Shown: positions 30,483 through 39,793 of the stretch, piece by piece | Position numbering within the stretch: position 1 is the first letter of the stretch | Layout: the number at the start of each line of letters is the position of its first letter | DNA from: Endomicrobiales bacterium | GTDB lineage: Bacteria; Elusimicrobiota; Endomicrobiia; Endomicrobiales; CAWCFT01 | DNA length: 64,000 bases | Reading direction: 5' to 3' | NCBI GenBank assembly: GCA_963794945.1 | Contig: CAWCFT010000008.1 | Location: 98,045 to 162,044, forward strand | Program-made: the position numbers and the translations under genes | Notes under the pieces: generated by a model | What the model was told of the DNA's origin: nothing | The model's input: the letters and a program-made list of their open reading frames with translations, nothing else | Databases searched by the model: none

Positions 30483-31651
30483 TTAGTTTGCCTTATTTAA
30501 ATATCTTACCGCTGACTCTGACAAGAACTGCGCCCCTCGTGCGAGCGCACTCTCATCGATATCGAATTTCTCATGGTGCCAGGGATACGGTTTACTGATG
30601 GCGGTTCCAATGTAAACAAAACATCCGGGAATGAACTTTAAATACTCCGAGAAGTCTTCTCCGCCCATAGAAGGCTCCGAAAGCATCTCAACGTCTTTCG
30701 CGCCGAACAATTCTGATGCGGTCTTCTTTAGCAGTTCCAGCACACGTGCCGAATTTATAAGTGGCGACCCAAGTGACTCGTATTTGCATGTGTATTTGGC
30801 ACCATAAGCTTTTGTTATGTGATTGATCTTATTTCTCATGGATATTTCTATTTTTTTTCGCAGCCTGTCTTCAAGGGTCCTAACCGTGCCGACCATTTTA
30901 ACCCGTCCGCAGATGATATTGAACCTTTCCCCACCTTCTATCGTGCCTATAGTAAGTACCGCGGGTTTGACCGGGTCTATTTCCCGTGAGACTATCGCCT
31001 GCAGGGCCGTGACGACCTAGCCGCTATAACTATAGAATCTTTACCTAGATGCGGGTACGCACCGTGCCCACCCTCGCCTAAAATTTCGATCTCGAACCTG
31101 TCAACAGCCGCCATCATTGGCCCGTTCTTGAGCCCTATCGCGCCGGACCTGAGCCATGGATTAACGTGGACGCCGACTATTGCGTCCACTGTAGGATTTT
31201 TGAGAACTCCAGCCTTTATCATGCCGGCGGCTCCTTCAGATGTCTCTTCCTTAGGCTGCAAAATGAACTTCACGCATCCGGAGAATTCGTCCCTCCTCTG
31301 CGCTAGGCTTAAAGCCGCACCAAGCACCATGGTTGTGTTAGCATCGTGACCGCATGCGTGCATGATGCCGGCATTTTTCGATGCGTAAGGTTTTCCTGTT
31401 TTTTCAACAATCGGGAGAGCATCTATATCCGCCCTTAAAGCTATGGTCTTTAATATCTTATGACCGTCATTTTTCGTTCCGTAAATCGTACCTATAACGC
31501 CCGTCTGGGCCGGCCGCTTTGTTTTAATGCCGGCTTCCTCAAGGACTTCCTTTATGAAGGCCGTGGTTGCAAACTCTTTACCTCCGAGTTCGGGATTCGA
31601 ATGGATCCGCCTTCTGATGGAGATGAGTTTATCCGACATATTCTCTTTCAC
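30483..31651 (-). CDS. M20/M40 family amidohydrolase (frameshift near 31015)
   Basis: RRRIHSNPELG, LRADIDALP, MHACGHD, GGHGAYPH, MGGEDF and WHH. Confidence 0.9.
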
Positions 31652-32529
31652 TGTATTTTCCTTAGTACTGCGGGTATTCTCTCTGATATATCACCCGGCA
31701 GAAGCCCGATCTGCGTCTTTTCTTTCGCCGAGATATCTCCCGCAAGGCCGTGCAGAAACACACCGCAGAGTGCGGCGTTCAAAAGCCTTGGTTCCTTCAC
31801 CTGCCCGATGAGAGCCGCTATCATGCCCGCCAAAACATCGCCGCTTCCGCCTTTTGCCATACCAGGGTTTCCGGTTGTGTTCACAAATACTTTCTTTCCA
31901 TCACTGACTACAGTGCCGGCTCCTTTGAGCACACACACCGCACCGTATTGTTTTGCTATCGCAAATGCTGTTTCCGGCCTGCGCTTCTGAATCTCAGAAA
32001 CACTCATCCCGGTAAGCCTCGACATCTCTCCCGGATGGGGCGTTACTATCAGTTTTGCCGTTGTATTATTGAGGTCACTTGCCGCAAGAGCGTTAAGACC
32101 GTCTGCATCGAGCACCACCGGCAGGTTCACGCACGAAATGATCTTTTTAACAAAGCTCGTCACTTCTCTATTCTGTCCTAACCCGGGTCCAATGGCTACC
32201 GAAGTTACTTTCTTTTTCTTTATGAAGCTTATGATCTCGCCGGCTGCTTTAAAGCTCAAAGTGCCAGTATTGTTTTCGGAAAGAGAATAACTCATGCTTT
32301 CCGGCCTGAGCTTGGCAAGAACGACGCGCGCAATACTTTTTCCAACCGCTGCGGTCACAAGGCCCGCGCCAGCGCGCAAGGCACCGTTCGCGCAGAGCAC
32401 AGCGGCGCCGGACATATTCCTTGAGCCAGCCACCACAAGTACATGGCCGAAGCTGCCCTTATGACTGTCTCTTTTTCTAGGCAGTATCAATGAACGGACA
32501 AGCGAAGCCGATATCTTTTGGACTTTCAT
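31648..32529 (-). CDS. nnrD: ADP-dependent NAD(P)H-hydrate dehydratase (stand-alone YjeF-C domain)
   Basis: SHKGSFG, GAGLV, IGPGLG, LDADGL, TPHPGE, LKG and GGSGDVLAG. Confidence 0.92.
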   Translation of the reverse strand: MKVQKISASLVRSLILPRKRDSHKGSFGHVLVVAGSRNMSGAAVLCANGALRAGAGLVTAAVGKSIARVVLAKLRPESMSYSLSENNTGTLSFKAAGEIISFIKKKKVTSVAIGPGLGQNREVTSFVKKIISCVNLPVVLDADGLNALAASDLNNTTAKLIVTPHPGEMSRLTGMSVSEIQKRRPETAFAIAKQYGAVCVLKGAGTVVSDGKKVFVNTTGNPGMAKGGSGDVLAGMIAALIGQVKEPRLLNAALCGVFLHGLAGDISAKEKTQIGLLPGDISERIPAVLRKIQ

Positions 32530-32555
32530 TTTAGTTTGACTATGTCGGTTAATGT

Positions 32556-32885
32556 CTATTTGATTATTGCTACTGCGGCCGCGTACTCTTTGGTGTGTGA
32601 TAATGAGATCGAGATACTACTTCTCTTTTTTCCCTTTATCAAGGCCTCGGGCTTACCGTTGGGAAGGTTCTTGACACTAATGTTCTTTAATGATATCCCA
32701 CCCATGCCGAGAGCTTTCCGAACCGCCTCTTTTGCCGCGAAGCGGACGCCATAGTGTTCGGCCCTGTTCACCTTTTTAGAACAATACGCTATCTCCTGAG
32801 GTGTAAATACGCGCTTAAGAAAGGCTTTATTCCTGATCAGCTTCGCTATGCGTTTTACTTCTACTATGTCTATGCCGATGTTCAT
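32556..32885 (-). CDS. acpS: Holo-ACP synthase
   Basis: IGIDIVE, RFAAKEA, GKP and ISLSH. Confidence 0.95.
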   Translation of the reverse strand: MNIGIDIVEVKRIAKLIRNKAFLKRVFTPQEIAYCSKKVNRAEHYGVRFAAKEAVRKALGMGGISLKNISVKNLPNGKPEALIKGKKRSSISISLSHTKEYAAAVAIIK

Positions 32886-32886
32886 A

Positions 32887-32976
32887 TTAGCTCTTAGTCA
32901 TCAGCTATCAGCATTCAGCTGACAACAATATCTTTGATTGATTTAAGCTGCAAGCTGAAAGCTGACAGCTGATAGC
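32887..32976. repeat. Heptamer tandem/inverted repeat element (TCAGCTA family)
   Basis: ttagctc-ttagtca-tcagcta-tcagcat-tcagctg ... agctgca-agctgaa-agctgac-agctgat-agc. Fills the whole glmS-acpS gap. Confidence 0.85.
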
Positions 32977-32977
32977 C

Positions 32978-34806
32978 TTATTCTACAGTCACCGATTTTG
33001 CCAAGTTTCTCGGCTGGTCGACATCACATCCAAGCACTACTGAAACATAGTAAGCAAATAGCTGCAGCGGAATAACGTTCATAAGCGGCGCAAAGATCTC
33101 GTTTACCGCAGGCATGTATATCTGCCGTTCGGTCTTAGACTTAATGTCTTTGTCGCCTTCGGTGGCGAGCGCTATTATAGTACCGCCGCGCGCCTTTGCC
33201 TCTTCAATGTTGCCCACTATCTTTTCGTAGACTTTGCAGGCCGTAGCTATCACCATTATGGGCATGTTTTCATCTATGAGCGCTATCGGGCCGTGTTTCA
33301 TCTCACCTGCAGGATAGCCTTCGGCGTGTATGTACGATATCTCTTTTAACTTCAGCGCGCCTTCGAGCGCAATAGGATAGTTGATGTTCCTGCCAAGGAA
33401 AAGGAAATCCCTCTTATGTGAATATTCTTTTGCAAGCGTGTTGATCTCCTCGCTTTTCTTAAGGACTTCCCTTATCTTCATCGGCATCTCCCAGAACTCC
33501 GAGAGCAGTTTTTTATACTCTTCCCCGTGAATTGTTTTCTTGATGCGCGCCCAGTCGAGGGCTATAAGGTAGAGCACTGTCAACTGGCCCGTGAAAGCCT
33601 TTGTGGATGCTACGCCTATCTCGGGTCCGCAATGGGTTTGTATGGCAGCATCGGCCTCGCGGCTGATGCTCGATCCAACAACATTGCATATAGCGAGCGT
33701 AGATGCCCCTTTTTGTTTCGCGAGACGAGCGCAGCCAGTGTGTCCGCGGTTTCGCCGGACTGCGAGATTACTATGACCATGCTTTTGTTATCTAAGACAG
33801 GCGAGCGGTAACGGAACTCGGAGGCGATGTCGACTTCAACAGGGATACAGGCCAAGGTCTCCAGTAAAAATTTCCCAACAAGGCCTGCGTGATAAGAAGT
33901 GCCGCAGGCTACGATATATATCTTTGAAATGTTCTTTAGGAATTTCTCGTCATAATTAGTCCCTTCCAGATATATACTTCCCTCCTCAGGGTAAAGCCTG
34001 CCGCGGAAAGTATCCTGTATGGTCTCTGGCTGTTCGAAGATTTCTTTTAGCATGAAATGCTTGAACCCGCCTTTCTCAGCCTGTACCGCATCCCAGGTTA
34101 TGTTCTGTACTTTTCTATCAACCGGTTTGCCGTCAGCTCCAAATATTCTGACACCCTTCTTTGTAAGCTCGGCAACGTCTCCCTCTTCCATGAATATCAT
34201 CTGCCTCGTGTACGGCAGGAGCGCGGGTATATCCGAGGCTATAAAATTCTCGCCTTTGCCAACGCCTATTATAAGCGGTGCGTCTTTCCTCACCGCTATA
34301 ATCTTGTCGGGGTCGCCGGCGGATATTATGCCGAGCGCATAAGCGCCCGTAACATCTTTAAGGGCTCTCTGCACAGCCGAAAGCAGGTCGCCTGAAAAAT
34401 ATTTCTCTACCAGATGCGCTATAGATTCCGTGTCCGTTTCGGACTTGAACTTGTGTCCTAAAGCGGTAAGCGACCTCTTAAGCTCCTGGTAGTTCTCGAT
34501 AATACCGTTGTGGACCACGACTATAGCGTTCTTGCAGTCCGTATGCGGGTGGGCATTCTCTTCACTGGGTTTTCCGTGAGTTGCCCAGCGGGTGTGGCCG
34601 ATGCCGGTTGTCCCGCAGAGCCTGTTCGTCTCAAGCACTTTGGACAGCTGGCCGAGTTTCCCGACGCTTCTGCGTAGCTCGATCTTACCCTCATTAACCA
34701 CCGCTATGCCGGCGGAATCGTAACCCCGGTATTCAAGGCGTTTGAGTCCGTCCAATATCACTTCAGCTGCGTTTTTTGATCCGATGTATCCCACTATTCC
34801 GCACAT
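32978..34806 (-). CDS. glmS: Glutamine-fructose-6-phosphate aminotransferase (frameshifts near 33600-33720)
   Basis: MCGIVG, LEYRGYDSAG, GHTRWATHG, SQSGETADT and C-terminal PRNLAKSVTVE. Confidence 0.97.
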
Positions 34807-34860
34807 AAATTCCTCCCCAGCCCGATCGGCGGCCCGCCATAACAAGCAGGCAAATATTTG

Positions 34861-35574
34861 TTAACTCACCAGCTTTTTCATCTCCCTAACAGCTTTTTCG
34901 AGGCCCACGAACAGCGCTCTTTCGATTATTGAAAATCCTATATTAAGTTCGTTCATTCCCGGGATACGTGCCACGGGTTTTACGTTCTTATAGTCAAGGC
35001 CATGCCCGGCGTTGAGCACGAGCCCTAAGGATACGGCTAGCTTTCCAGCATCCCTGATTCGCTTAAGCTCGGCTTTCCCTTTACTTGTGCCGAAATGACG
35101 CGCGTAAGCCCCGGTATGCAGCTCCACGCAGTCAGCTCCGACAGTTTTCGCGGCCTTAACCTGTTTCTTTTCGGGATCTATAAAAAGGCTGACGTTTATG
35201 CCACTTGATCTGAGTTGTTTTATAACAGCCGAGAAATGTTTGATCCTTGAACAAACATCAAGCCCGCCTTCAGTGGTGAGCTCTCGTCTTTTTTCAGGCA
35301 CTATACACACGTCGTCCGGCCCGACCTTAAGCGCGATTCCGATTATATCCGTGGAAATTGCCATTTCGAGGTTTAGTTTTGTTTTTAGGTCCTTCCTTAA
35401 ACGATAGATATCTATGTCCTGTATGTGGCGCCTGTCTTCTCTGAGGTGCGCTGTGATGCCGTCCGCCCCTGCTTTCTCGCAGAGCCGGGCAGCGAAGACA
35501 GGGTCGGGGTGTCCTTCGCGCCTCACCTGTCTCAGTGTAGCTATGTGGTCTATGTTTACTCCGAGTTTTACCAT
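34861..35574 (-). CDS. pdxJ: Pyridoxine 5'-phosphate synthase
   Basis: LGVNIDHIATLR, HLREDRRHI, TTEGG, ELHTG and AGHGL. Confidence 0.97.
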   Translation of the reverse strand: MVKLGVNIDHIATLRQVRREGHPDPVFAARLCEKAGADGITAHLREDRRHIQDIDIYRLRKDLKTKLNLEMAISTDIIGIALKVGPDDVCIVPEKRRELTTEGGLDVCSRIKHFSAVIKQLRSSGINVSLFIDPEKKQVKAAKTVGADCVELHTGAYARHFGTSKGKAELKRIRDAGKLAVSLGLVLNAGHGLDYKNVKPVARIPGMNELNIGFSIIERALFVGLEKAVREMKKLVS

Positions 35575-35586
35575 TTTTATTTTCCT

Positions 35587-36957
35587 TTAATTATTAACAA
35601 TGTTATCTATCTCTTTTAAGGCTGTCTCAGATATTTCTTGCGCAAGCTTTGAGATAGCTTTCTTATCTTTGCCTTCTATCATTACCCTGAGAAGGTTTTC
35701 GGTCCCGGAATATCGTACCAATATCCTTCCGTCCGAACCCATTTTCTTTTCCGCTGCGGCAATTAGCTCCGAAGTCAGCTTAAGTTTTTCCAAAGGCATC
35801 TTCCCTGCCACTCTAGTATTTATAAGCACCTGCGGGTACTTCGTGATGATTGAACACAATTTGGAGAACGGCTTTTTTGAGCTTGCCGCTATTGATATTA
35901 TCTGCAGAGCCGAAAGGATGCCATCGCCCGTGGGCAGGTGCTCGATGAATATAATGTGGCCGGACTGTTCGCCGCCGATTACGGAACCGGAATTAACCAT
36001 CTCACCGAAAACGTACCTGTCGCCTACAGGTGTCTGCTTTACACTTATACCGTGTTTCTTCATGGTCTTGAACAACCCGAGGTTAGCCATGACGGTAGTT
36101 ACAAGAATATTGTTCCTAAGCCTTCCTTTGCTTTTCAGATATTTCGAAGCTATGGCGAGGAGATAGTCCCCGTCCCTGACAATACCTTTTTCATCTACAA
36201 AGATTATCCTGTCACCGTCACCGTCAAAAGCCATGCCGCAGTACGCCTTACGTTTCAAGACTTCGCGGCTCAGTTTTTCCGGGTGCAACGAACCGCTGTC
36301 CTTATTAATATTTATACCGTTAGGAGAACAGTTGAGTGAAACAACATCGGCTCCAAGGCCGGCAAAGACATCCTGGGCGATCCCGCTGGTAGCACCGTTC
36401 GCGCAGTCTATAACGAGCTTCAACCCCTCAAGACCCCCATTTATGGGAAAGCTGTCCCTCAGGAATTGCTCGTACTCACTTACGAGGAAAGGTTTAGATT
36501 TTATGTTCGCGGGTTTGGGAGATTTTGTGACAGGCCCTGAAGTTTTGATAAGTGCTTCTATCTGCGATTCTATCTTGTCGGAGAGTTTCGTGCCTTTGTG
36601 GCTGAAGAACTTTATGCCGTTATCTTCGTATGGATTGTGTGATGCCGATATAACTATGGCTGCCGATACCGGGTACTTCCTTGCTATATAAGCAACACCG
36701 GGCGTAGGTATAACGCCCAGGTCCCACACCTCAACCCCTGAAGCTGAAAGCGAGTCAGCAAGGTTTTTAAATATATCGGGCCCGGACCGCCTCGTGTCCA
36801 TGCCTATAACAATGAGAGGCTTGCGCCTATTTTTTTTAAAGACCTTTCCCGCGCAATCCCCTATTATTTTGACAGTTTTGCCGTCCAGCGGAAACTTTCC
36901 AGCGGTTCCGCGAATGCCGTCTGTACCGAACAGTTTTGTATTTTTCATAAGCCTCAT
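35587..36957 (-). CDS. glmM: Phosphoglucosamine mutase
   Basis: LFGTDGIRG, ISASHNP, DGDGDR, GGEQSGH and RYSGTE. Start at 36957 (ATGA overlap) or 36948. Confidence 0.96.
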   Translation of the reverse strand: MRLMKNTKLFGTDGIRGTAGKFPLDGKTVKIIGDCAGKVFKKNRRKPLIVIGMDTRRSGPDIFKNLADSLSASGVEVWDLGVIPTPGVAYIARKYPVSAAIVISASHNPYEDNGIKFFSHKGTKLSDKIESQIEALIKTSGPVTKSPKPANIKSKPFLVSEYEQFLRDSFPINGGLEGLKLVIDCANGATSGIAQDVFAGLGADVVSLNCSPNGININKDSGSLHPEKLSREVLKRKAYCGMAFDGDGDRIIFVDEKGIVRDGDYLLAIASKYLKSKGRLRNNILVTTVMANLGLFKTMKKHGISVKQTPVGDRYVFGEMVNSGSVIGGEQSGHIIFIEHLPTGDGILSALQIISIAASSKKPFSKLCSIITKYPQVLINTRVAGKMPLEKLKLTSELIAAAEKKMGSDGRILVRYSGTENLLRVMIEGKDKKAISKLAQEISETALKEIDNIVNN

Positions 36958-37043
36958 TTTGTATAAACGTAATACCACAGCACCAGCGCCAGTAGCAACG
37001 CTATAACTTTCAACTGCCAGTTCACTTTCCAGTTTTTTATCAT
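36954..37043 (-). CDS. 29-aa membrane peptide resembling only the N-terminal TM helix of CdaR/YbbR
   Basis: Translation MIKNWKVNWQLKVIALLLALVLWYYVYTK*. AGGA lies upstream, the stop overlaps the glmM ATG, and it sits in the cdaR position. Confidence 0.75.
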   Translation of the reverse strand: MIKNWKVNWQLKVIALLLALVLWYYVYTK

Positions 37044-37054
37044 ATAATCCTGAT

Positions 37055-37145
37055 GATTACAGCGATCAATAACTTAGATTACGGTGATTTCAAAATTTGG
37101 TGTTGAATCTAATCGCTGTAATCGTGTGTTAACATCACCGCAATC
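37055..37145. repeat. Inverted repeat element with two GATTACRGYGAT units per arm
   Basis: gattacagcgat..gattacggtgatt ... aatcgctgtaatc..atcaccgcaatc. Confidence 0.75.
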
Positions 37146-37172
37146 AACATCCTGTGTAGTTTACAGGATGTT

Positions 37173-37967
37173 TTATTTAGCGCCAAACCGGCGAGCGACC
37201 CCGGCCTCCGCGCGTTTGCGGAAATTATCAAGAAGCTGCAAGCGAAGCTCTTCTATATCAATTCCGGTCTCAAGCCGGCTTTCACGCGATACTGACACAC
37301 TGCCGGTCTCTTCCGAAACGACTATCACTATAGCGTCGGATATCTCGCTAAGCCCAACCGCAGCCCTGTGCCTTGTGCCGAGTATCTTTGCGATATCCGG
37401 CTCATGGCTCAGTGGCAGAACGCAACCCGCTGCGATCAACCTCGCGTTCTGGATTATCACAGCCCCATCGTGCAGCGGAGACTTTGTATTGAAAATTGAA
37501 CTCAAAAGTTCTTTACTGACATGCGCGTTTATTATAGTGCCGGTCTCTATGTAGTTGCGCAGGCCCGTATCCTGCTCAAAAACGACCAACGCCCCTATGT
37601 GTTTCTCGCTGAATTCCCTCACGGCTTCGATCACTTCATTGACAAATCCGAGTTCGGAAGGGACCAGTATCTTTCCCCACCTGTGGCTCCCCAGCTGCGC
37701 GAGGGCGGAGCGTATCTCCGGCTGGAACACGACCACGACTATAACAACAGCCGCATACCAGAATTTCTCGAACAACCAGCCGAGCGTCCTTAAGTGCATC
37801 ACTTGCGCAATGAATGTTACCAGAAGTAGTATCAGCATGCCCAATATGATCTGAACCGCCCTGGTCCCTTTGACCAGAAGTATCATGCGGTAGAATATAT
37901 AGGCCACTGCAAGTATATCAACAACATTGACCAGGTAATGCGACCAAAGCATCTTAAATAGTTCCAT
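37173..37967 (-). CDS. cdaA: Diadenylate cyclase CdaA/DacA
   Basis: Three N-terminal TM helices, FQPEIR, PLHDGA and GTRHRAA. Confidence 0.96.
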   Translation of the reverse strand: MELFKMLWSHYLVNVVDILAVAYIFYRMILLVKGTRAVQIILGMLILLLVTFIAQVMHLRTLGWLFEKFWYAAVVIVVVVFQPEIRSALAQLGSHRWGKILVPSELGFVNEVIEAVREFSEKHIGALVVFEQDTGLRNYIETGTIINAHVSKELLSSIFNTKSPLHDGAVIIQNARLIAAGCVLPLSHEPDIAKILGTRHRAAVGLSEISDAIVIVVSEETGSVSVSRESRLETGIDIEELRLQLLDNFRKRAEAGVARRFGAK

Positions 37968-37981
37968 TTATAGTGCCCGAA

Positions 37982-39178
37982 TTAGCAATTTATCGATTTT
38001 AATACCTTTAAAGCCTGGGCGGTTTCCTTTACATCGTGCACCCTCACGATGTTAGCCCCGTTGAGCGCAACCCAGATGTTCCCGGTTAGGCTTCCTGCGA
38101 GTCTTTCATTTGGCGCCACCCCGCCAAGGACCTGGCCGATGAAGTTCTTACGCGATAGCCCGGCAACAATGGGAATTCCCAGGTTTTTAAATTCTTTCAG
38201 TTTTTTAAGTATTTCCAGGTTATGCTCAACAGTTTTGCCGAAGCCGATACCCGGGTCGATCAGAACCTGAGAACGTTTTATCCCTGAGCTTTCCGCAAAT
38301 GACACTCGTTCCGCCAAAAAACCGTTGATATCGGAGATCAGATCGTTGTAACGCGGAGACTTCTGCATAGTGCGCGGAGTACCGAGCATATGCATGAGGA
38401 TTACCGCGGCGCCACTCCTTGCTGTTACACGCGCCATGCTGCGGCCGCCGTAACGGAGAGCTGTTATATCGTTTATTATACTCGCGCCCTCACCGACCGC
38501 CGCTTTCGCTACACCCGGCTTATAGGTATCTATGGAAATCGGTATCTTGATCTCCTTCGAGAGTTTTTTTATTACAGGTAATACTCTGTTTATTTCCTCT
38601 TTTTCAGTGACTGTCTTAGCGCCCGGTTTGGTGGACTCGCCGCCTATATCGATGATATCCGCACCTTCATGCTCCATCTGGAGCGCGCGGTTGACAGCTT
38701 CATCCGAACCGTAGTACAAACCGCCATCGGAAAAAGAATCTGGGGTAATATTAAGTATTCCCATCACCAGCACTCTATTTCCAAGCCTCAGGTCAAACTT
38801 GCCGGCCTTAAGGACGAATGTCTCGTTTTCATGATTTGAAAGAACAGTTTCGATCTCTTTCGATATGGTTATTAATCCGAACGGCTGATTAGCAAGTTTT
38901 TTTGTCAGCAGGCGGTAATTTTTCAGCGTGCCCATCAGAAGCACATGCGAGGAACCCTTGTCAAACCTCGAGACTTTCTCGCTAACTGCGGCCTCAGCTC
39001 CGATAGAAAGCATCTCCTGCTTTATAAGAGCCGCCGCTCTGTTGTCGACGTGTTCTATTAGAAGCGCCCTAAACAACGCTTTAGGCGCCATTATGCCAAC
39101 TGAATACGGGTCGGCACCGGTCATAGCTATCGCTTTACGCGCATCTTCGATATTGTTGAGCCTGATAACTCTGATCAT
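37982..39178 (-). CDS. folP: Dihydropteroate synthase with a ~130-aa N-terminal extension
   Basis: MGILNITPDSFSDGG, DIGGEST, DPGIGFGK, SRK and RVHDV. Confidence 0.95.
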   Translation of the reverse strand: MIRVIRLNNIEDARKAIAMTGADPYSVGIMAPKALFRALLIEHVDNRAAALIKQEMLSIGAEAAVSEKVSRFDKGSSHVLLMGTLKNYRLLTKKLANQPFGLITISKEIETVLSNHENETFVLKAGKFDLRLGNRVLVMGILNITPDSFSDGGLYYGSDEAVNRALQMEHEGADIIDIGGESTKPGAKTVTEKEEINRVLPVIKKLSKEIKIPISIDTYKPGVAKAAVGEGASIINDITALRYGGRSMARVTARSGAAVILMHMLGTPRTMQKSPRYNDLISDINGFLAERVSFAESSGIKRSQVLIDPGIGFGKTVEHNLEILKKLKEFKNLGIPIVAGLSRKNFIGQVLGGVAPNERLAGSLTGNIWVALNGANIVRVHDVKETAQALKVLKSINC

Positions 39179-39184
39179 AATAAT

Positions 39185-39236
39185 ATTAAAAATTGGATGC
39201 TTTAATCTTGAATTTTCAATCTTCTAATTTTTAATT
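39185..39236. repeat. 7-8-mer tandem/inverted repeat element (GATTAAA family)
   Basis: attaaaa-attgga ... ttaatct-tgaattt-tcaatct-tctaattt-ttaatt. Abuts the folE stop. Confidence 0.55.
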
Positions 39237-39793
39237 ACTTTATCAGCGACAAAGCTTCCGAACGTGTTCTTGCATCCTTTAGGAATATGCCCCTCATAGC
39301 GCTCGTGACCATCCTGGTGCCCTGTTTCTTGAGGCCTCTCATTGTTATGCAAAGGTGTTCAGCTTCTATCACTACCATGGCGCCGTGCGGTTTTGCCGCA
39401 TCCATTATGCTGTTCTGCGATCTGTTTCGTCATCCTCTCCTGCAGCTGCAGCCTGCGCGAGTATAACTCAACCAGCCTTACGAGTTTTGAAACTCCCAGG
39501 AGCCTGTCTTTTTTGGGGATGTACGCCACGTGGGCGGTGCCAAAGAAAGGCACCAAGTGGTGCTCGCAAAGCGAGTGGAAAGGAATATCTTTAACAAGTA
39601 CTATTTCTTCATGGTTCTCTTTTTCGTAATAAACTGTTAGGATGTTTTTAGGGTCGACATTTTGGCCGGCAAGAGCTTCTTCGTAGAAACCTGCTACCCT
39701 TTTGGGGGTGTTCTTGAGGCCTTCCCTGTCAGGGTCTTCCCCGAATGCCTCAAGCATGGATTTTACGGCTCGTTCAAGCTTCTTTTTGTCCAT
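39235..39793 (-). CDS. folE: GTP cyclohydrolase I (frameshift near 39400)
   Basis: [24 protein letters not shown] and LQLQERMT. C-terminus ...EALSLIK* is in another frame. Confidence 0.95.

Noticed and set aside
34807..34860. glmS ribozyme upstream of glmS
   Set aside because: Only about 54 nt separate pdxJ and glmS, which is too short, and no recognisable core is present.
37084..37554. 156-aa plus-strand ORF across the cdaA end and the repeat element
   Set aside because: Antisense to cdaA with no motif. The minus-strand 29-aa ORF fits the operon context much better.
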